The notes under the pieces were generated by a model. It was not told the origin of the DNA, did no database searches, and was given only the letters and a program-made list of their open reading frames with translations. A stretch of DNA of 64,000 bases from Nitrosopumilaceae archaeon (lineage in GTDB: Archaea; Thermoproteota; Nitrososphaeria; Nitrososphaerales; Nitrosopumilaceae), in the NCBI GenBank assembly GCA_965214835.1, contig CBDCCK010000002.1:3040001-3104000 (forward strand), in the 5' to 3' direction. This document shows positions 51,301 through 60,275 of this stretch, piece by piece; the first letter of the stretch is position 1; each line of letters opens with the position of its first letter. The position numbers and the translations under genes were made by a program.

Positions 51301-54300
51301 GCGGTCGCGGTCGTCATCTGACAGCCTTGATGATATGCTGGTTACGGTGCCGTCTCCATGGAGGCGGACTATTTCCAGTCCGTTGTCCCCGTTGCCGGTG
51401 ACTGCAGCATAAGTGCGCTCTCCTATGACAAAGGTGTCCACTCCGCGTGTATTGTCAAGCCGCCGATTGTTGTCGTCCTCCAGCTCCCCGCGGAATACGG
51501 GGTTGCGCGGGTCGGTGACCTCTATGGTCCGGATGCCGTCCCAGCCGTCTGCGCCGTATCCCGTAACGACTGCGTAGATTCTGTCTTCTATCGTAAAGAC
51601 GCTGATGTCGCGAGCGTCGTTGAGCGTCGGATAGTGGCGCAGGAATCCGTGGGCGACGGGGTTGCGCGGGTCGGTGACCTCCACTATCTGAATGCCGTCC
51701 TCCGCAGAGGAGGTCGATACGGTGTATATCTTGCCGTCCTTTTCAAAGACGTCGACGTTATGGGGGTTTCCGAGCCGCTTGTTACCGTCGTCCCGTACGC
51801 GCGCCACCGGATCCGGGTTGGCCGGATCCGTGATGTCGATAATCTCCATGCCGTCGTCGTGCGCCACGACTGCCGCATACGTCTTTGTTCCTATCTTGAA
51901 GATGGCCGTGTCGTGCGGATCCCGGAGCTCGAGGCCGCTGGTGTCCTTTACCCTCCCGACGCCGGTCGGATTCTTCGGATCGGTGACCTCGATCAGCTCG
52001 AGGCCGTGATTTGATATGGAGGTGACTGCCACGTACGTCTTGTCGCCTATCACAAACGCGTTGACCGAGCGCGGGCCGTTGAGCAGCAGGGTGTAGTCGT
52101 CCCTTATGTTTGCCACGGGGGTCGCAAACAGCAGCGGGCTCTCGGCGGTGATGCCGGCGGGGTTGTCCGTCGAGCGTCCTATGGTGTTGCCGGCAAGATC
52201 GGTGACGGCGCCGGCGCCGATGTCCAGCTGCGGCGTGTTCATCGGCGATGTCCGCAGTAGATGGGACTCTGTAAGCGTGATGGTCATGGTATCCGAGTCG
52301 GCCATCTCCGAGTCCAGCTCGGCGCCTGCCAGCGAGACGGCATCCACGATACCGTCCTGGCTGAGGTGCATGCGGCCCAGATCGGTCATTGAGACGTCTA
52401 CCTTCTCGCTGAACTCTACTGTGAGGACGCCCCTCCTCTCGTCCAGGGAGGCCGATGCAAAGCGCGGCGGCTCGTTCTCGGCAAGGGCCAGCCGGACTAT
52501 CTGGATGCCGTCCTCCTCCCATGCCGAGACGGCCGCGTACGTGACGCCGTCTATCTCAAAGACCTTTACCTCGATGGCGCCGTCTAGCAGCAGCTCACCG
52601 GAGTCCCCGAGGGATCCCGCCGGTGCCGGGCGATCCGGATCGGTGATGTCCACAATCTGGATGCCGTCGTTGCTGTACGATGCCACGGCTGCAAATATGT
52701 ATTCGCCCATCTCAAAGACGTCCACGCCGTGGGCGCCGTTGAGTATCAGCGATTGTCCCAGGCCGCCGTCGCTGTCGCTCAGCTTGCCCTTGGCGGTCGG
52801 GGCTCCCCCTGCGTCGATCTCAAATATCTGGATGCCGTTGTCAAGCCAGGAGGCCGCCACGACGTAGGTCTTGCCGTCCTTCTCATAGGTGTCTAGACCC
52901 CGGACGTCCTCGAGCAGCAGGTCATTGTTGTCGATTATGCGTCCGACAGACGTTGGGCTGTTTGTATTAAGCTGGATTATCTCAAGGCCGTCCTCGTTGC
53001 CGGCCACCGCCGCGTACGGGGTGGTGCCCCCAACAAAATTGAATGTGGCCACGGCCCAGGCCTCGTTCAGTCGCAGGTGGGTGGTGTTGTCGCGCAGCTT
53101 TCCGACGGCATCAGGACTGGACGGGTTGCCTATGTTGGTTATCTGGATGCCGTCCTCCGTAAAGGAGGTCGATATGGCGTATACGTCCGGGCCCCGGTTG
53201 AATATCGCCACGCCCTCGGCGTTGCCAAGCAGTCTGTCATTGTTGTCATTTACGTGTCCCCGCTCGTGATCGCCGGATCCGGGATTGGTGACATCAAGTA
53301 TCTGGATGGCATCATCATGTCCCACCACGGCAGCATATATGCGATTGTTCCTCTCGTAGACTGCCACGTCGCGCGCCCAACTGAGCTCCGAGCCTTTGCC
53401 GTCGCCGTTGCGGCCGGCGCCTCTCGGGTCGTCCGGATTAGTGAGGTCTACAAACTGCACGCCGCTGTCGGTGTGCGATGTCACGACGGCGTAGGTCTTG
53501 CCGTCCAGGGCAAACACGTCCAGGCCGCGCGGCCCGTCAAGGTGCAGCTCCTTGTTGTTGTCGTGCAGTTTTCCCACCGGAGTCACGACGACGGAGGCTG
53601 CCATTCTGGTGACTTTGATCGGGTTGTCGGCCGCCGACGCTATGTTGTTTCCGGCCCGGTCCCTGACGGCTCCCTCGGCAATATCCAGCTGCGGCGTCTC
53701 CATCGGGACGACAATCCTCCGCTGCGACTCGGTAAGCGTAAACGTCAGGGTGTGCGCGTCGGGTTTCGTGCCGTCAAAGCCGGCACCGGTCAGCCTGACC
53801 TGGTTGGCCATCCCGGTGTCGCTTATATAAAGCCGCCACAGGTTGGTCCTTGACACGTCGACGGGCTCGTTGAATGTGACTGTAAGTCGTCCGGTGTTCT
53901 CGTCAAGCTCGGCCGATGCAAACTCCGGTTTTGTGTCCTCCTCGAGGGCCAGTCTGACGACCTGCAGCGCATCCTCCTGCCAAGAGACGGCAGCCGCGTA
54001 CGTCGAGGCGCCTATGGTAAACACGTCTATGTCGTATATCGTATGGAGGTTCCTGCCTGTCGAGTCCCACAGGTTCCCCACGGACACCGGCCTGTACGGA
54101 TCGGTGACGTCTATGAACCGTATGCCGGCAGTGCCGTCAAAGCCCATGGCCACAAAGGTGCGGCCCTCCATCTCAAAGACATCCATCTCGTATGGTCTCG
54201 GAGACGACGAGGACGAGCCGCCGATCCACTGGCCGGCGAAGGCCGGGGAACTGGGGTCGCCCAGATCCACCATCCGCAGCCCCTTGGAGGAGGCCACGGC

Positions 54301-57300
54301 CGCATAGTTATGTCCGTCGATCTGGAAGGTGACGACGCTGTTGGGGTTGTCATAGTCCAGGCGAGGGTCAAACGTGAGCTGTCCGGCTGCACGTACACGG
54401 TTGGCTCCGATCTCGAGCACCTGTATGCCGTCCTCGGTCGAGGACGTGATGACAGCGTATCGGTTAGTGCCATCGGCAAAGACGGCCACGCTGCGGGGAT
54501 CGTCGAGCAGTAGGTCGCTCGAGTCGGCCAGTTTGACAGTGGCACCCAGGTTTCTGGATAGATTGTCTACATTGATCACCTGGACGCCATTCTCGCTCTC
54601 AGAGGTTACGATTGCGTATTTGATTCCACCAGGAGGATCAAAGGTGGCAAGCGCGTAGCCGTTGCCCAGGAACAGGTCTGTGTGATCGTTCAGGTGCCTG
54701 GTCTCCCGGATGTCGGAGGGATTGGTGATCTCAAGCACCTGAACGGCATCGTCGTCTGAGACGATTACGGCAAAGATCTTGTTGCCGTTCTTTACTATGG
54801 CCACGTCGTTTGGATTATTGAACTCCGAGTTACGGCCGTCGCCCGAATGGTCGGTGGCCCGCAGGTTGTCCGGATCCGTGATGTCTATAATCTGGAGGGA
54901 GTCATCTGACTGGGTCACTATGGCCGCGTAGGTGCGCCCGTCCTTCTCAAAGATCTCCAGGCCGGTGGGGCCGTTGAGCCGCTCGGCACCGCGTCCGTCG
55001 ACTATGTTCGAGGAGGCAGTTATGATGAGGCCCGGCAGCCTTTCGGTGATCTCGATCCGGCCGTCGGAGACCGCCTCGACGTCGTTGCCTGAGAGGTCGA
55101 CGACGGCGCCCTCCCGGATGTCCAGCAGCGGCTCAGGTATGGCGGCTATCCGCCGCAGCTGCGACTCGGCAAGCAGGAGAGACAGGGTGTCCGTGTCGGG
55201 TCCCGTACGGTCAAGGCTGGCGCCACGCAACCTGATCGGATCCCTGGCCGGATCCGCCCCGGCGTAGGTCACGTTCATCCGCCACGTGTTGGTCTCTGAC
55301 ACGTCGATGATCTCGTCAAAGCTGATTGAAATGATCCTCGTGTTCTCGTCCAGTGCGGCAGACACGAACGCCGGCCTGTCGCTGTCGCCGGCAAGCGTGA
55401 TTCGCTTGTTATTCGTCGTGGAAATCTCGTTGCCGGCCAGATCCGACACGCCTCCCTCGGATATGGTCAGCCTTGGGCTGTTCATCGCGCCGACGGTGTT
55501 TATCTGTCCAGAGGAAAGATGAATGGTTATCGTATCAGAGTCGTCCGTCGTGGACAGTGGAAGTGCAGCCAGACGGAAGCTGGGATCGCCGTCTGCGTCG
55601 GTTATGAGGAACCTACTCAGACTTACCTCGGAGACGTCGATCTTCTCGTCGAATGTGACGGTAAGGACGCGCGTGTTTGTATTCAACGAGGCCGACTCGA
55701 AGGCGGGCCTTGAGGTGTCCGCATGCTCGAGCCTGAGTATCTGGATGCCGTCCTCGGACCAAGAGGCCACTGCGGCGTACGTGGTGCCGTCTATTACGAA
55801 GGTATCCACATCATAGGTGTTATCAAGCAGCAGGCTTGGCGTATCGCGCACCTCGGCTGCTGGGATCGGGTTGTTTGGCTTGGTGACGTCGATCAGCTGC
55901 AGGCCGTCCTCGCCTGCGGTGACTGCCACGTATGTCCTGATGCCTATCTCAAAGGCCGCCACGCCGTGGGGGTTGTTGAGAATCAGCCCGCCGCCGTCGC
56001 GGTCGCGGTCGCTGTCTGACAGCCGTCCTACGCTGGCCGGATTGGCCGGATCGGTAACCCGGACTATCTCCACCCCGTCGTTCCCGTTGCCGGTGACTGC
56101 CGCGTACGTGTGCTCGCCTATGACGAAGGTGTCCACGCCACGGGTGTCTTTGAGCAGCCGGGTGCCGTCATCGCGCAACGCTCCGACAAAGGCCGGACTG
56201 CGCGGATCGGTAACGTCCACGATCCGGATGCCGTCCCAGCCCTCGCTGCCGCCGGCGCCGTATGCGGTCACCACCGCGTAGATGCGATTCCCTATCGTAA
56301 AGACATCCACGTCACGGGCGTCATACAGTGTCCAGCCGTCAAACAGGGTTCCGAGGGCCTCCGGGTTGCGCGGATCGGTGACGTCCACGATCTGTAAGCC
56401 CCGATCCGCACTGGCCGTCGATACGGTGTATATCCTGCCATCCTTTTCAAAGACGTCGACGCTGTGCGGGTTTGAGAGCCGCTTGCTACTGTCGTCCCGT
56501 ACGCGCGAGACCGGGGTCGCCCCGGCCGGACTTGTGACGTCGATTATCTCCATGCCGTCGTCGTGCGCCACGACTGCCACATAGTAAGATCCGTTCTTCT
56601 CGAAGAAGGCGCTATCGTGCGGATCCCGAAGCTCGAGACCCTTGGTATCGCTCACCTGCCCGGCACCTTCCGGATTCGTCGGATCGGTCACACGGATAAA
56701 CTGGATGCCGTGGTTTGATATGGATGTGACTGCCAGGTACGTCTCCGGTCCTATCGTAAATGCGTTGACCGAACGCGGGCCGTTGAGCAGTAGGGCGCCG
56801 GTGTCCTTTATGGACCCGACTGGGGTCGCGACAAGGAGTGCAGTCTCTGCTTCGACGCTGACGGGGTTGTCCGGCATGCCCCTTATGGCGTTGCCGGCCA
56901 GGTCGGTAACGGCGCCGGCGCCGATGTCCAGCTGCGGCGTGCTCATCGGCGACGTCCGCAGCAGCTGCGCCTCTGTAAGCTTTATGGTTATGGTGTCCGA
57001 GTCGGCCGCCCTCGAGTCCAGGCTGGCGCCTGCCAGCGAGACGGTGTCCACGTCGCCGTCCTGGCTGAGGTGCATGCGGTTCAGATCGGTCATTGAGACG
57101 TCTATCCTCTCGGTGAACCTGACTGTAAGGACGCCACTCCTCTCGTCTATGGAGGCCGACGCAAAGCGCGGCGGCTCGTTCTCGGCAAGGGCCAGCCGGA
57201 CTATCTGCAGGCCGTCGTCATGCCATGGCGAGACGGCAGCGTACGTGACGCCGCCTATCTGAAAGACCCTTGCCTCGACGGCGCCATCTAGCAGCAGTTC

Positions 57301-59907
57301 GCCGGAGCCCCCGGTGTCCCCGAGGGATGCCGCCGGTGCCGGGCGATCCGGATCAGTGACGTCCACAATCTGGATGCCGTCGTTGCTAAACGTTGCCACG
57401 GCCGCAAACACGTATTCGCCCAGCTCAAAGACATCCACGCCGTGGGCGCCGTTGAGTATCAGCAGGCCGTCCGTGTCACGCAGATTGCCCTTGGCAGTCG
57501 GGCTGGCCGGATCGGTGACATCCACAATCTGGATGCCGTCGTCAAGCCAAGAGGCCACCACGGCGTAGGTCCTGCCGCCCTTCTCAAACGTGTCCACGCC
57601 CCTGGTGTCCTCAAGCAGGCGATCCCCGTTGTCGCCTATACGTCCCACGGCGTTAGGAAGGTGAGGACGGCTGATGTCTATGATCTGGAGGCCGTCCTCG
57701 TTTGAGGTCACCGCCGCGTACGTGGAGCCGTCCCTCTCAAAGACGGCCACGCCCCAAGGCTCGCCCAGCAGGCGGTCGCCGTTGTCAGGCATGTTCACAA
57801 TTGCAGTCGGGTCGGAGGGATCGCTGATGTCGGTTATCTGTATGCCGTTCTCCGTGTGGGAGGTCGATATGGCGTATGTGGTTCCGTCTATGTTGAACGT
57901 CGCCACGCCATCGGCGTTGCCAAGCAGTCTGGCACTGTTGTCATTTTCGTGTCCCCGCTCGTGATTGCCGGCTCCGGGATTGGTGACATCAAGTATCTGG
58001 ATGGCGTCATCATGCCCCACGACGGCCGCATATATTCGCCCGCTCCTCTCGTAGACTGCCACGTCGCGCGCCCACCTGAGCTCCGAGCCTCTGCCGTCGC
58101 CGTTGCGGCCGGCGCCGCTCGGGTCGTCCGGATTAGTAACGTCTACAAACTGCACGCCGCCGTCGGTGTGCGACGTCACGACGGCATATGTCCTGCCGTC
58201 CCGGGCAAACACGTCCAGGCCGCGCGGCCCGTCAAGGTGCAGCTCCTTGTTGTCGTGCAGGTTTCCCAAGGGGGTCACGACGACGGAGGCTGCCATTCTG
58301 GTGACTTCGATCGGGTTGTCGGCCGCCGACGCTATGGCGTTTCCGGCCCGGTCCCTGACGGCGCCCTCGGTGATGTCCAGCTGCGGCGTGTCCATCGGGT
58401 CGATGATCCTCCGCTGCGACTCTGAGAGTTTGAACCTCAGGATGTCCGCATCGGATCCCGCCCTGTCGTAGTCGGCGCCATGCAACGGAACCTGGCTGGA
58501 CGCCCCGACGCTGCTCACGTGCAGGTGCAGCATGTTGGTCTTTGACACGTCGACGGGCTCGGTGAATCTGATCGTAAGGACCCCGGAGCGCTCGTCAAGG
58601 CTGGCCGAGGCAAGCTCCGGCTTTGTGTCCTCCTCAATGGCCAGCCTGAGGATCTGCATGGCGTCCTCCTCCCAGGAGACGGCCGCCGCGTACGTCGAGT
58701 CCCCTCTCGTAAATATGTCAATGTCATATACCGTGTCAAGGGCCCTGCTTGTCGAGTCCTTCAGACTCCCCACATGCACCGGGGCATGCGGATCCGTCAC
58801 ATCCACAAACGAGACGCCGCCGCTACCGTCAAACGTCATGGCAACAAAGGTGCGTCCCTCCATCGAGAAGACGTCCATGTCGTTGGGCCTGGTGTCCTGC
58901 GAGAACGAGCCGTCCACCCACTGGCCGGCGTTGACGGGCCGGTCAGTATCGCTGATGTCTATTATGCGCAGGCCCTTGGTTGAGGCCACTGCGGCATAGT
59001 CGTTTGTGCCTAGCTCAAAGACGACCACGTCGCGCGGGTTGTCATAGTCCAGATCTGCGTCGGCGGCGAGCCTCCCGACGGCACGCAGGCCGTTGGGATC
59101 ACTGAGGCTCACGATCTGGATGCCGTCCTCGGTCTCGGAGGTGACGACGGCAAAGTTGGTGTTTCCCCTGGCAAAGACGGCCACGCCGCGGGCATCGTCA
59201 AGCAGGCGCTGGCTGTTGTCGCCCAGGCCCCCCGCCAGTCGCAACTCCTCAGGATTGCTGAGGGTGACCAGCTGGATGCCGTTCTCACTCTCGGATGCCA
59301 CGACCGCGTAGACGGCTCCCTGGCGCTCAAAGATATCCACTGCGTGGCCGTTGCCCAGGTATACACCGCTTTCATCCCTCACGTGTGAGGTGATCTGGAG
59401 GTCGCCGGGATCGGATACATCAATTACCTGGACGGCGTCTTGGTGCGAGACGATCACCGCGTAGGTCTTGCCGTCCCTCTCGTATATGGTCACGTCATGC
59501 GGATCCAAAAAATAACGGTTACGGTCGTAGGTGTCGATGGCGTCGGTGGCCCGCGGGTTGTCTGGATCCGTGATGTCCACCAGCTGGAGGGCGTCTTCGG
59601 CCTCTGTGATTATGGCCGCATAGACGCGCCCGTGTCTCTCGAAGGTTTCCACGCCGGTGGGCTGCCAGAGCCGCGGGGCGTCGTCATCGTCCCATACGAT
59701 CGAGGCTTCGGATACTATGAGGCGCGAGACCGGCTCTTGTACCTGTGCCTCGGCCTGGAAGCCGGTGGCAGCAAGGCCGGAGACGGCGGCCACAGCTAGT
59801 ACCGTGAACAGGACGGCCATCCGTGCCGGATCCCGACGGAGAAGATGCTGCCGTGCCGCAGCTATGGCAGATCGGCCACCTGACTCGTTACGAGAGCGGT
59901 GCCTCAT
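45322..59907 (-). CDS. Giant cell-surface protein (4861 aa): six LVIVD-like beta-propellers, Ig-like spacers, cadherin-like domains, 11 DUF5011/HYR-like Ig repeats, a LivJ-type solute-binding domain and a ~270-aa C-terminal domain
   Basis: Uninterrupted 14.6-kb ORF; signal peptide after Met at 59820 (likely start); ~52-aa TYA.V....DG.QI.D.TDP repeats in groups of seven; DTTAPVITL.G..Y.D.GAT repeats; STAPSL...NMFRLAPD / DDIWGIGL PBP1 motifs. Confidence 0.92.
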   Translation of the reverse strand: MRHRSRNESGGRSAIAAARQHLLRRDPARMAVLFTVLAVAAVSGLAATGFQAEAQVQEPVSRLIVSEASIVWDDDDAPRLWQPTGVETFERHGRVYAAIITEAEDALQLVDITDPDNPRATDAIDTYDRNRYFLDPHDVTIYERDGKTYAVIVSHQDAVQVIDVSDPGDLQITSHVRDESGVYLGNGHAVDIFERQGAVYAVVASESENGIQLVTLSNPEELRLAGGLGDNSQRLLDDARGVAVFARGNTNFAVVTSETEDGIQIVSLSDPNGLRAVGRLAADADLDYDNPRDVVVFELGTNDYAAVASTKGLRIIDISDTDRPVNAGQWVDGSFSQDTRPNDMDVFSMEGRTFVAMTFDGSGGVSFVDVTDPHAPVHVGSLKDSTSRALDTVYDIDIFTRGDSTYAAAVSWEEDAMQILRLAIEEDTKPELASASLDERSGVLTIRFTEPVDVSKTNMLHLHVSSVGASSQVPLHGADYDRAGSDADILRFKLSESQRRIIDPMDTPQLDITEGAVRDRAGNAIASAADNPIEVTRMAASVVVTPLGNLHDNKELHLDGPRGLDVFARDGRTYAVVTSHTDGGVQFVDVTNPDDPSGAGRNGDGRGSELRWARDVAVYERSGRIYAAVVGHDDAIQILDVTNPGAGNHERGHENDNSARLLGNADGVATFNIDGTTYAISTSHTENGIQITDISDPSDPTAIVNMPDNGDRLLGEPWGVAVFERDGSTYAAVTSNEDGLQIIDISRPHLPNAVGRIGDNGDRLLEDTRGVDTFEKGGRTYAVVASWLDDGIQIVDVTDPASPTAKGNLRDTDGLLILNGAHGVDVFELGEYVFAAVATFSNDGIQIVDVTDPDRPAPAASLGDTGGSGELLLDGAVEARVFQIGGVTYAAVSPWHDDGLQIVRLALAENEPPRFASASIDERSGVLTVRFTERIDVSMTDLNRMHLSQDGDVDTVSLAGASLDSRAADSDTITIKLTEAQLLRTSPMSTPQLDIGAGAVTDLAGNAIRGMPDNPVSVEAETALLVATPVGSIKDTGALLLNGPRSVNAFTIGPETYLAVTSISNHGIQFIRVTDPTNPEGAGQVSDTKGLELRDPHDSAFFEKNGSYYVAVVAHDDGMEIIDVTSPAGATPVSRVRDDSSKRLSNPHSVDVFEKDGRIYTVSTASADRGLQIVDVTDPRNPEALGTLFDGWTLYDARDVDVFTIGNRIYAVVTAYGAGGSEGWDGIRIVDVTDPRSPAFVGALRDDGTRLLKDTRGVDTFVIGEHTYAAVTGNGNDGVEIVRVTDPANPASVGRLSDSDRDRDGGGLILNNPHGVAAFEIGIRTYVAVTAGEDGLQLIDVTKPNNPIPAAEVRDTPSLLLDNTYDVDTFVIDGTTYAAVASWSEDGIQILRLEHADTSRPAFESASLNTNTRVLTVTFDEKIDVSEVSLSRFLITDADGDPSFRLAALPLSTTDDSDTITIHLSSGQINTVGAMNSPRLTISEGGVSDLAGNEISTTNNKRITLAGDSDRPAFVSAALDENTRIISISFDEIIDVSETNTWRMNVTYAGADPARDPIRLRGASLDRTGPDTDTLSLLLAESQLRRIAAIPEPLLDIREGAVVDLSGNDVEAVSDGRIEITERLPGLIITASSNIVDGRGAERLNGPTGLEIFEKDGRTYAAIVTQSDDSLQIIDITDPDNLRATDHSGDGRNSEFNNPNDVAIVKNGNKIFAVIVSDDDAVQVLEITNPSDIRETRHLNDHTDLFLGNGYALATFDPPGGIKYAIVTSESENGVQVINVDNLSRNLGATVKLADSSDLLLDDPRSVAVFADGTNRYAVITSSTEDGIQVLEIGANRVRAAGQLTFDPRLDYDNPNSVVTFQIDGHNYAAVASSKGLRMVDLGDPSSPAFAGQWIGGSSSSSPRPYEMDVFEMEGRTFVAMGFDGTAGIRFIDVTDPYRPVSVGNLWDSTGRNLHTIYDIDVFTIGASTYAAAVSWQEDALQVVRLALEEDTKPEFASAELDENTGRLTVTFNEPVDVSRTNLWRLYISDTGMANQVRLTGAGFDGTKPDAHTLTFTLTESQRRIVVPMETPQLDIAEGAVRDRAGNNIASAADNPIKVTRMAASVVVTPVGKLHDNNKELHLDGPRGLDVFALDGKTYAVVTSHTDSGVQFVDLTNPDDPRGAGRNGDGKGSELSWARDVAVYERNNRIYAAVVGHDDAIQILDVTNPGSGDHERGHVNDNNDRLLGNAEGVAIFNRGPDVYAISTSFTEDGIQITNIGNPSSPDAVGKLRDNTTHLRLNEAWAVATFNFVGGTTPYAAVAGNEDGLEIIQLNTNSPTSVGRIIDNNDLLLEDVRGLDTYEKDGKTYVVAASWLDNGIQIFEIDAGGAPTAKGKLSDSDGGLGQSLILNGAHGVDVFEMGEYIFAAVASYSNDGIQIVDITDPDRPAPAGSLGDSGELLLDGAIEVKVFEIDGVTYAAVSAWEEDGIQIVRLALAENEPPRFASASLDERRGVLTVEFSEKVDVSMTDLGRMHLSQDGIVDAVSLAGAELDSEMADSDTMTITLTESHLLRTSPMNTPQLDIGAGAVTDLAGNTIGRSTDNPAGITAESPLLFATPVANIRDDYTLLLNGPRSVNAFVIGDKTYVAVTSISNHGLELIEVTDPKNPTGVGRVKDTSGLELRDPHDTAIFKIGTKTYAAVVAHDDGMEIIDITDPANPDPVARVRDDGNKRLGNPHNVDVFEKDGKIYTVSTSSAEDGIQIVEVTDPRNPVAHGFLRHYPTLNDARDISVFTIEDRIYAVVTGYGADGWDGIRTIEVTDPRNPVFRGELEDDNNRRLDNTRGVDTFVIGERTYAAVTGNGDNGLEIVRLHGDGTVTSISSRLSDDDRDRDGNGLILNRPHGVAAFEIGIYTYVAVTAGEDGLQVVDVSDPRNLIPVVEMRDNGNRLLADTYDVDTFVIDGTTYAAVASWTEDGIQIVKLEHADTSRPVLESATLDFNTRVFSATFDKTIDASETDLSKLSIVEGSNRVSLAGADHTGMDSDAVTLTLTREQAHQVDAMASPSIDVDEGAFSDLSGNSIRSVSETLETAGRPEPAPPVAPDTDATTTEDTAIVITPAISDPDPGDTPRITDVGTPVEGSATFSDTDITYTPSPDYNGTDTFDYTVTSGADTAQGTITVTITRDNNAPVLGAIDNQTATVGIQLIITPDVTDADPTDTHTYSISRGTLPAAATFSTSDGRLDWTPVQADAGQTHEVTITVNDTRGGADSETFHITAVEAPDVTPPVITITGGSPLVHELGDPYTDQGATSDDGSVVHTTGSNVNVTKSGDYFVSYAATDDNANTGTATRTVQVRDTTAPVIVVTGPPSLTLVIDGSYTERGATVSDNDPAYTTTTATVGGATVDTNSTGTYVVSYTAPADDAGNTPDPVTRTVIVQDTAAPTITVSGDNPLAHELGNPYTDPGATSDDGSAVITDFSAVDVNEHGDYAVTYTATDAGNNTGTAIRMVQVRDTTAPVITLSGSASVTVELGGAYAELGATVSDNDDDYTTTTATVGGATVDTNSTGTYVVSYTAPADDAGNTPDPVTRTVIVQDTAAPTITVSGDNPLAHELGNPYTDPGATSDDGSAVITDSSAVDVNEHGDYTVTYTATDGDGNEGKNTRTVQVRDTTKPVIGATGDDPLVHELGDTYTDPGATVSDNDPDYTGTVTVGGDTVDADSAGTYTVSYTAPADDAGKAPDPVTRTVTVQDTTAPVITLNGDASVTVEFGGTYAEQGATVSDNDPNYNGIVTESGTVNTQVSGDYQVTYTAPADDAGNAPDTVTRFVFVRDSTAPVITLYGNATVTVELGGTYTELGAEVADSEPGYAGTVTVGGDTVDTNTAGTYTVSYTAPPDGDGNLPSPVTRTVTVQDTTAPVISLNGGAVVTVEIGDAYTEPGATVSDNDPAYTTTVATVGGDTVDTSSIGTYLVSYTAPTDDANNTPDPVTRTVVVQDTSGPAVTLNGDATVFVELGDNYVELGATAEGGLPVITDSEVDVTKAGTYTVTYTATDGDGNDGMATRIVTVRDTTPPVITVSGDDPVSIDLGSVYKDEGATSTDNDPGYVGSVSDDAAAIDTDRPGTYTVTYTTTDDAGNTATATRTVLVALDVVKIGTIIHSGEDAGDQLGQQQALAAVANNMQVLAEATGDQLASQYILAVETAVSDFNAYLTRNEATWRIAVDIKDTEEYGVQAAIQSFKADDVSLVSGSIRGPDLESIVPYVDSNDMIFFSCCSTAPSLAIAGDNMFRLAPDSLQYGPVIADLLKNEYGRNVTVMVWRDDIWGIGLKDSVADNFEELGGAVDDTVGSYDPNAADLDAVFETLAGRLADTVSDHVGDVGADRVAVLFIGQDEMSRFVSKAADHPVLRTVQWVGSDVSVLDDALVGDPRVFEFLRDANFVAPIFAEDSGSDPHRKLTRLIEAEFGTTPTAYTYGMYDSIWILGLALERAGSDAEFAAIKDTIAEAASQHDGALGNIHLNEAGDLDWLTYAVWGMDRSGWTLVGTWIDGEFKRPSGGGNDDEWQTAPTFGVSPQTGSQMVSCGYSMDGTCRDVLDYHVDYRRESIQTNSTHDFTLKAHSVTGVQQFQMGFGVPEVGSSIGQSEAVLTVDLERDYATNSTYKIRDATYTDPNDILGEATLDVALVGCMSPDDPTKCVELSVDGLLFREQMYHEPFVIYVMDVQRWSAQNYMNDGLLVQGDSLNPAPRETAGISKKGNQYDAVAISLQRTDKLSDTWEDQWGGEWTRNSYGTWSRLVPEPFERHQDGTWGVMTRMNSNFAALVQAEQDRAVLVFDAAQLMSELEPVLAYDLPEDLDGGDARLDRLEEAILAEQKRMQEIMRGLSFGPIYTESD

Positions 59908-60275
59908 GTGTATGTCCCCCTCCCGCGGAACTGCCTGCAGCTGACGGTGTCCCGTAAAAACATCCGGCCGCAGGATGCACGGACGTCTCCACTCATGCCG
60001 TCCCCCGTACAGTCATGGCCGGAGCCGCATACGAGTCCATTACAGTTGTCCTGTCGCACAGAGGCTGAAACTGGGTCACCCCCCCCCCCCAATCCAGCAA
60101 TCATGGTAAACTCTAACAGTGGTTCCCGGCCGTATGGCAGCGTGCAAAACGTTCATTTGGATACCATGGTTAAAATAAATTGGGTTATTAAGGTTATATG
60201 CTGGGCTGGGGCGTTGTATTGTACGAAAATTAGGTCGCACTAATTTGAGGAGGGTTGCAAAGGATTACTTTAGGC

